DNA from: a virus
Lineage: Duplodnaviria > Heunggongvirae > Uroviricota > Caudoviricetes
Direction: 5' to 3' (one strand)
IMG/VR virus record: IMGVR_UViG_3300028559_000023
Location: 1-12,921 of that record
DNA length: 12,921 nt
Numbering within the stretch: the stretch's first letter is position 1; the number at the start of each line of letters is the position of its first letter. The notes below the pieces were generated by a model that did not search any database, was not told where the DNA came from, and worked only from the letters and a program-made list of their open reading frames with translations. Both the position numbers and the translations under genes were made by a program. Positions 1 to 6,900 of the stretch are shown piece after piece.

Positions 1-1
1 T

Positions 2-1615
2 ACTGTGACTGTCACTGCGGCATATAGCCAGATTGCTTTTGGCGCGTTTGCAACGGTTCCCACAGCAATCGTGACCGCTAACGGGCAATCGTACACCTTC
101 TTCTTGAAAGCTCGGCGTATTCTGAGCAAGAGCCCGAACCCAGTTTCTTGGGGCTGCAACCTTCGCGCCACTACTGCTGGAGGTAGTTCTGTAACCAGCC
201 ATGATCTAACAGCAGCCTTTACACTATCACCCACATTTGGAGCCGCAGTTGCTGATAAGCCCTATCAGATGTCTCAGGCCATTAACATTACTGACGCAAC
301 TGCAGGACGTCTTATCCCGCGCTTAATGATTCCTGGTTTGGCTGTAGGCACTGTCATTAACGACACGATTCGCGTGTACGAACCGATGATTGTGCCTGGT
401 ATCTGGGAGCGACCACCTAAGTACATTCCCACTTACGGCACTCAGCGTGTCCTTCCGCGTCTCGACTACGACCCGACTAACGGGCGTGTTCGTGGCATCG
501 TTCGAGATCCCGCTCGCGTCAACATCATACGTAATGGTATGGGTTTTGGCGGCTCCCCTGGCGTGCCTGGTACTCTTCCTACTAACTGGAACCGTGATCT
601 CCCTGCAGGTGTCTCGTCAGCGATCGGCTTGACCAAAGTGTCGAAGAATATGCGGGTTATCCCCATTCGCTTCTTTGGCAGAGCGGCCTCTGGCAGCATT
701 AACTTGTCCTTTGAACAGATCACTCAGAACGTTGTGGTGACTAACGAAGACTGGGTGGGCTCTGTGTTTGCAAGGTTGGCGGGTGGCTCCTTGAAGAACG
801 TCAGTATTGCCAACATTGAGTACATCATGTACAACACAGGCACCTACGTGGACGCCGCTGCCAACAGTATCGCGACCATTGACGACAAACCTATATCTGC
901 ACAACGTTGGTTCATCGGTAAACAAGTGACCAATGCTACTGTTAACCAGGGTCGTCTACAATTGCGGTTCACGCCTGTTGCAAACGAGTATATTGACTTC
1001 ACTATCGAGGTCGCTGTCGCGCAACTTGAGAAAGGCCGTCAAGCATCTAATCCCATCCCTACTGGAGTTACTGCCAATGCTGCAAACGGTGCACCTGGAC
1101 AGCGTAGTATCGATGCGCTGGAGGTCGTCACTGGGTTTAGTGGTTGGTTTAACCCTGCTGAAGGTTCAGTAGTTGTAAAGGGCGAGACTCAAGTGTCTAA
1201 GGGAGGCGCACGCAACTCTTGGCCGCGTCTTGTTGCTTTTGCCGATGGGCCTACAACGGCTTCTCTGCAGAATAACTTCGGTATTTACGCGCTAACCAGC
1301 CCCGATCCAGCCTTCCACGGACGTTCCGGTTCGGCAGCAGCTGTTGCTAACGTGGCTACTGGAGATAACTCTATTAGTACGCCTGTTATCGCTGACGGTA
1401 AGCCCGCCACGCGTGTCATGAGTTACTCTGCGGGTTATTTGCAAACTGCTCATCGCGGTGTGCTCAGTACTGCTGTTGTTCCTACTGGCTTCCCTACGGT
1501 TAACCGTCTGCAATTGGGAGCGCCTCCTACGGACTCTACTTCGTGGATCCAATCGGTGGACTACTACTCCACCAAGCTAACGACTGTCGAAATGGCAGCC
1601 TTAACCGCTAGTTAA
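2..1615 (+). CDS. Virion fiber / head-spike-like structural protein with tandem carbohydrate-binding-like beta modules and a LamG/concanavalin-like C-terminus; 5'-truncated
   Basis: The frame is open from base 2 (ACT GTG ACT...), so the true start is probably upstream of the window. PRLDYDPTNGRVRGIVRDPARVNIIRN (from 455) resembles the PRFDYDPxTxxxxGLLIEExRTNLL motif of phage head-spike/fiber proteins. AQLEKGRQASNPIPT (1019-1063) resembles the AQLExGxxATSYIPT module end. C-terminus FNPAEGSVVV...RLQLG...SVDYYSTKLTTVEMAALT fits the LamG-like end of this family. Thr/Ala/Gly/Val-rich. Confidence 0.6.
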   Translation, partial: TVTVTAAYSQIAFGAFATVPTAIVTANGQSYTFFLKARRILSKSPNPVSWGCNLRATTAGGSSVTSHDLTAAFTLSPTFGAAVADKPYQMSQAINITDATAGRLIPRLMIPGLAVGTVINDTIRVYEPMIVPGIWERPPKYIPTYGTQRVLPRLDYDPTNGRVRGIVRDPARVNIIRNGMGFGGSPGVPGTLPTNWNRDLPAGVSSAIGLTKVSKNMRVIPIRFFGRAASGSINLSFEQITQNVVVTNEDWVGSVFARLAGGSLKNVSIANIEYIMYNTGTYVDAAANSIATIDDKPISAQRWFIGKQVTNATVNQGRLQLRFTPVANEYIDFTIEVAVAQLEKGRQASNPIPTGVTANAANGAPGQRSIDALEVVTGFSGWFNPAEGSVVVKGETQVSKGGARNSWPRLVAFADGPTTASLQNNFGIYALTSPDPAFHGRSGSAAAVANVATGDNSISTPVIADGKPATRVMSYSAGYLQTAHRGVLSTAVVPTGFPTVNRLQLGAPPTDSTSWIQSVDYYSTKLTTVEMAALTAS

Positions 1616-1620
1616 TCGAT

Positions 1621-1638
1621 GGGGCCAATGCGCCCCTT
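1621..1638 (+). terminator. GC-rich hairpin just after the fiber gene stop; possible weak intrinsic terminator or processing site
   Basis: GGGGC(1621-1625)-CAATGC-GCCCC(1632-1636) followed by only TT, 5 nt after TAA at 1613-1615. The U-tract is poor. Confidence 0.4.
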
Positions 1639-1659
1639 CAACACTTTGGAAATAATCAA

Positions 1660-2022
1660 ATGGATACGAAAATCGAAATTGCAATGCCGAAGCGCCCTGA
1701 CGGTACCGCTGAACAAACGCCTGTTATGACCCCGAGTGTCACTAAAGAAGCGGTCGCTCCAAAACCTGTTGTGGAAGACACTACAACGGTGCATCAAGCA
1801 CCTACAGCGGCTACCGACAATACACCCACACAGAATCTTATTGATCTTGTGCGCAGTGCGCAGGCAGCTGTTCAACAAACTGCTCAGATGCATCCTGCCG
1901 AGCGTGTACCCTCTAATTGGGACATCAAAGCCACTGCCGATGGTATCGAGGCCGTGAACTTGACCACCAGCCGGATCTTTGAAGGTTCGATCGCTGAGTT
2001 CAACAAGATGATTCGGAGCTAA
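1660..2022 (+). CDS. Hypothetical protein (120 aa): Pro/Thr/Ala/Gln-rich N-terminal region plus a compact C-terminal domain
   Basis: ATG at 1660 with GGA at 1648-1650. Fills the gap between hairpin and portal; stop lies 2 nt before the portal ATG. C-terminus NWDIKATADGIEAVNLTTSRIFEGSIAEFNKMIRS looks like a small folded beta/alpha domain. Confidence 0.8.
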   Translation: MDTKIEIAMPKRPDGTAEQTPVMTPSVTKEAVAPKPVVEDTTTVHQAPTAATDNTPTQNLIDLVRSAQAAVQQTAQMHPAERVPSNWDIKATADGIEAVNLTTSRIFEGSIAEFNKMIRS

Positions 2023-2024
2023 CC

Positions 2025-3602
2025 ATGACAGTGGTGAGTGCGAATAGCCAAGCAAAGAAAGTTCAGGACGCCAACTCTGAGTACAAGTCTATTGTCAAAG
2101 CCTGGTCTCGCGCTCGCGCTGTCCTTGGTGGCGAGAGTTATGTGAAGGCCTTTGACGGGGCTATCGACAGGTTCGGTTTCTCGAATTTGCTGATACCTTT
2201 CAGTCCTTCAATGCAGGACCCTCAGTATAACTTCTACAAGGCTGAAGCGGAGTTTCCAGGCATTACCACCGAATTTGCCAGAATGATAATCGGTGGACTT
2301 TTACGTAAAGAACCTACCATTAAGTTTGGCGCAAGCATAACAAAAGAGATTCAGAATTGGATTAGAAACGAGTTTGGTCAAGATGGTGCGCCACTGGTCA
2401 CCTTTCTAGACACAGCTCTTTGGGAAGAAATGCAGACAAGCCGTTGCTGGGTGTTTGTAGATTACCCTAAGGTTGATGGTGAGTTGACTCCAGAGCAGGA
2501 ATCTAAGCTAAACCCTTACCCTGTTCTGTACAAGGCCGAGGACGTCATAAACTGGGCTGTTGGAAACGACGCTAATGGTCGTAAGATTCTCAAACGAGTT
2601 GTGGTCAAGACAATCGTTGAAAGAGAGAATCCAGACAACGAGTTTCATCCAGACTTGGTTGAGACCGTATTTGTGCATGAGATCGTAGAGGGTTTTTATC
2701 AGATTCGTAAGTATGAATTAGAGTCAATTTCCAACACTAATGTGGCAGTTGTTAATGGTCAGAAGTTGACTCCTAAGGCAACCACCTCGGAGTTTCGGCT
2801 TAAAGATACTTATCAGAATATCAAGATCAAAGGCCAGCGTGTCACAATTATCCCGGCATGGCCTCTGAATGGTCAGATCGATATTCAGACTCCGCTTCTG
2901 ATGTCGTTCATCAACAAAGAGGTCGCTTTATACAATAAGCTTAGCCGTCGTAATCACCTGTTGCTAGGTGCAGCAACGTACACGCCTTACGTAGTCGGCG
3001 ACATTTCGGACGAGAAATTCAAGGACATCGTAGATGCAGGCCTGGGCAGCTGGTTCAAATTGCCTTCAGGCAGCGAGGCTGGTGTTCTGGACACCCCGAC
3101 AGCTGCCCTTGCAGACATGGAGAAGGCGATTGCCAGTAACGTTGAGGACCTGGCAAAACTGGGTATTCGGATGTTGGCGCCTGAGAGTACTGATCAATCA
3201 GGCATCGCGCTTGAGCTACGAAACGCTTCTCAGACTGCGCGTATTGGTTCGCTGGCTAACAAGATCAGCAGAATAATGGAGCAAATCATTCGCTTCATGA
3301 TATTCTGGAAAACAGGTACCTTACCTGCGACTGATGAAGTTGAGTTCCAGCTGTCCGAAGACTTTAATCCGGCGCCGCTGGGCGATACTTGGTTGCGCTT
3401 AGTCACTGAGTGGTATCAGCAGAATCTGATTCCGAGATCTGTGTGGCTGGCTTTGCTCAAGCAGAATGATCTTGTACCGCCGGATTACGATGATGCCGTG
3501 GGTCAAGTAGAGATTGACAAGAACATCTCAGAAACGCTGACAAGGCAAGTGTCTGTTCAAACAACGCTACAGAAGGTAGCAGGCAACGAAGGTGAGGTTT
3601 AA
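2025..3602 (+). CDS. Portal protein (DUF4055-type), 525 aa
   Basis: SD GGAG at 2015-2018. Size and position immediately upstream of MuF/scaffold/capsid fit a portal. Recognisable segments: W...RAVLGGESYVKA, ALYNKLSRRNHLL, ESTDQSGIALELRNASQTA, FQLSEDF, WYQQNLIPRSVWLALLKQNDLV. Confidence 0.88.
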   Translation: MTVVSANSQAKKVQDANSEYKSIVKAWSRARAVLGGESYVKAFDGAIDRFGFSNLLIPFSPSMQDPQYNFYKAEAEFPGITTEFARMIIGGLLRKEPTIKFGASITKEIQNWIRNEFGQDGAPLVTFLDTALWEEMQTSRCWVFVDYPKVDGELTPEQESKLNPYPVLYKAEDVINWAVGNDANGRKILKRVVVKTIVERENPDNEFHPDLVETVFVHEIVEGFYQIRKYELESISNTNVAVVNGQKLTPKATTSEFRLKDTYQNIKIKGQRVTIIPAWPLNGQIDIQTPLLMSFINKEVALYNKLSRRNHLLLGAATYTPYVVGDISDEKFKDIVDAGLGSWFKLPSGSEAGVLDTPTAALADMEKAIASNVEDLAKLGIRMLAPESTDQSGIALELRNASQTARIGSLANKISRIMEQIIRFMIFWKTGTLPATDEVEFQLSEDFNPAPLGDTWLRLVTEWYQQNLIPRSVWLALLKQNDLVPPDYDDAVGQVEIDKNISETLTRQVSVQTTLQKVAGNEGEV

Positions 3603-3603
3603 T

Positions 3604-3930
3604 ATGGCTAAACAAGGAGCACCGGTTGGGAACAAGAACGCTGCCGGTGGTAGAGGTGGCGCGAGGTTAGGCGCGGTAGGTACGTTAGTTCCCTTTGGTA
3701 GTCTTGGCACCGGTCTTTATTTAGGCGCGCATGGGGATTCGCGTCAAAGTAAACGCCACACCGTTTCCTCGGCTGTAGGCTCGGGTGTCTTTGGTGCGTT
3801 AGGCGGAGCCACTGCCGGTCCTTTGGGAATGTTAGTCGCAATCCCGGCAGGAGCGGCGGTAGGCGCAGCTATGGGTTATGGCGCCTCAAAGATAGGGCAG
3901 CATATTGGTAAGAAGCTTAAGAAGAAATAA
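3604..3930 (+). CDS. Small Gly/Ala-rich glycine-zipper protein (108 aa) with hydrophobic segments and a basic C-terminal tail
   Basis: ATG at 3604 is preferred over GTG 3592 because SD GAGGT lies at 3594-3598. N-terminus GAPVGNKNAAGGRGG; GxxxG repeats in GSGVFGALGGATAGPLG and AGAAVGAAMGYGA; ends KKLKKK. Stop TAA (3928-3930) abuts the next ATG. Confidence 0.78.
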   Translation: MAKQGAPVGNKNAAGGRGGARLGAVGTLVPFGSLGTGLYLGAHGDSRQSKRHTVSSAVGSGVFGALGGATAGPLGMLVAIPAGAAVGAAMGYGASKIGQHIGKKLKKK

Positions 3931-6900
3931 ATGTCAAACGCAAATACGCTAGCTTATGATAAGGTGGTTGACAGAGCCGCAATGCTACGTCTTTTTGAAC
4001 AAGATGTGCATAATAAAGTTGGCTTTGCAATTGATTCACACGAAAAGGCCGTCGAGAAGCTGATAAAGGAAGGTGCTGTAAACACTCCTCGGAAGCTTGA
4101 CGGTCTATTACAGAGATTGGAAGACCAAAGCATCTCTGTGTACGCGAACTTAAAGTCGCTTACCGAACGAGAGTTTGTGGGGCTATTCAAGGCTCAGATG
4201 AGCTTTGCCTACCAAACAGTAGAAGCATCCATAGGTAAGATCTGGAAACCTAAGCTCCCAGATAAGGCGGTCGCTCAAGAAGTTGTCCTTAAACGCCCTC
4301 TTTATGAGGAGATGACGCTTGCACGTGGTTGGGCTAATCTCTCTGTGCAAGAAAAGAAGCGGCTAGAGGCTGTAATACGTAGAGGTATCTCTCAGAATAA
4401 GACGCTTGATGAAATAGCGCTTGAGGTGCGTCGTGGTAACGTTCTGAACATATCGCGTAACCAGTCCAGAGCTTTGGTTACAACCGCTGTGACAAGCGTC
4501 ACTAACCAGGCCGACAATGCTGTTTATGAGGCTAACAAACAAGCTCTGAAGGGTTGGCAGTACGTTTCTGTGCTGGACAGTAAAACTACACCCGTTTGCG
4601 TATTTCGTGACGGTAAAATATTTGATGTTGGCGACACTGCAATGTTACCGCCAGCACATTTTCGATGCCGTTCCAGGACAACTCCAGTATTCAAATCCTG
4701 GGAGCAAATGGCTGAATTAGAAGGTGTAAGCCAGATACGTAGACGTAATTTCGAGAAGCTTACTCCTAAACAAATCGCTTTCTACGACGGACTACTTCCT
4801 GAGCGCGAGTCTTACGATATGTGGTTGCGTAGACAGCCTCGACTGGTGCAGTTCAAACACCTTGGCAATTACAAGGCCGTCGATTTGTTCAATTCTGGAG
4901 GCTTTGAAGTCGAGCGGTTCGTAAATCCTGAGGGACGTTCCATCTCGTTGAAACAACTCAGAAGTATCTCTGAAGACTCCTACACCCTGCCTGGCGATAC
5001 AGTCCGGTTTGCAAACGCCAAAGCGAAATTGGATTCTATGCGTTTGTGGGCGACGGCTCCTGAAGATTTCTTCAAAGATGCTGATCTTCGTAAGACGCTT
5101 AAAGACTACTACCTCTTGCAAGCTGGCGAATTGAACGGCACGCTGTCGCTGACAAACTACCGTGGCACATTACCTCACGTGAAGAGGGCAATGCGCAATC
5201 GTGTGCTAAGCTCGCCGCCACGAGAAGATCAACTGAAGTTCAACCCAATTACCGGTAGATACGAAGATGTACGTCTGTATCAGCCGAACGCGGCAGTCTT
5301 AAACAACAATTTGAAACTGGTCAAGGAAGCTGAGGAGCTTACCGAGCGCGACAAGGAATTCATAAATAGCTTTGTGGCCGAGCTAGACGGACGTATGAGC
5401 ATGAATGAGATGGCGGTTATTGCCGACAATCTTCGAATTGTGTTCACGCGCTTTCGTAAGAATGGTGAAAGCTGGGCCAACTTCAAAGCTGTTGCTCAAA
5501 GTCAGATAAAGTTTGACGTAATGAACGTGTCTAGCGCAATTGAGACTAACATTCGTAGAGATTCTGACGTTCTCAAGCGTCTGGAGTCGATGAATTACAC
5601 AGATCCTGTGCTAGGGCCTACTTCGCTACAAGACATTCACGACAACTTCATTTCATTCATCCGTGATCGCAACAAGTGGGAAGACAAGACGGCCCCGAAG
5701 ATCTCGGAAGAAATGCGCTCAATATTCGATGTCGTGTTGCTCAAGAAGCATCCGATTATCTGGAATAGACTGCAGGAGAGAGACCTACAAGGTTTCTACT
5801 TGCGGTTTGTGAATCGTCTAGCATCTTCTGATGGTATTGACAGAGACCAGTTGGCAGTGCAACTAGGTAGAGACTTGTACAACTCCGCCAACTACACAGG
5901 CACGCGTAGGGATTGGTACAAGCTAGGCTTGGACATACTTGACGCTAAAAACGTAAACAAACTTTTCAAGCTTGAAACTTTTGGTGTTCAAAAACGTCGT
6001 ATGAAGAGTCGTTTGAGTGGCGCTTACTTCGGTCCTTACTACGACACGCTGTCCATGAACATCAGGGTCACGGATCCTCGAATTCAGGAGTATGTGAAGC
6101 TTCAAAGAAGCGTAGAATTGGGTCTTCGTGTAAGCGTAACAGATCCTAAAAATCGTTTGGTATTCCGTAAGGGCTACAAGACGTACTTTATCGATCGCGG
6201 GCTCCTTGGTTATGAGGACACTCGCATCCCGATAACGAGTACTAGTAGCTTCAGTGACTTCCCGGAGGAATTCGTAGAAGAATCCTTAGTGGACGCCCTT
6301 AACTGGGCATCAGAGACACAATATCGAATCGATGAGGATTACTATGGCTTCATTAAAAAGCTACTCTATTTCGAAGACGATAAGGGCAAGGCTAAGTACT
6401 TCAATGATCTTAATGAGTATCGGAAGTACATTAGCGCTAGAGGAGATACGTACGAGCGCTTCAAGGCTATGGAATGGCTTGTCGGCGGCAACAAGTCTTT
6501 TAGTAATCACGCTTTTGTCGACCATCGCGGCCGTGTTTATGATCGTGGCTTGATCTCGCCACAGTCTGGTGAGACCTTCCGTCCTTTCTTAAACACAGCT
6601 CACGAGCGAAACTTCAGCGCGGATGACTTCGAGAATCTACAAGACCAAGTCGGTGCGTTTATAGGTGGTCTAAGCGATAAACTTGAAGGCCCTCACAATT
6701 CGCTTACGATTCCTGGACGTCAAGCAATTGCTAAAATGCATCGGGAAGAGCTTGTCAAGATAGGTAACCACATGATTCGTGGTAAACCTGGTGATGTGAG
6801 AGCTGTATTGGAGTCGCCGCTTGCTCAAGAAATCGATGGCGAGGACATCGGGAAGTTCTACAGATTCGCTATCGAACTGGCTAAGCTTGACACATTTCTT

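Noticed and set aside
1496-1507. Perfect 12-bp palindrome ACGGTTAACCGT
   Set aside because: About three such palindromes are expected by chance in 13 kb; it lies inside a coding region and I saw no second copy.
1612-2055. 147-aa minus-strand ORF and the other short alternative-frame ORFs in the track (60-160 aa) inside fiber, portal, RNAP and scaffold genes
   Set aside because: All overlap better-supported + strand genes of a co-directional operon and lack recognisable motifs or convincing ribosome-binding sites.
3604-3930. Calling the glycine-rich ORF a small terminase subunit or a holin
   Set aside because: The GAPxGNKNA motif is present, but no helix-turn-helix or oligomerisation helices accompany it. 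No endolysin is nearby to support a holin call.
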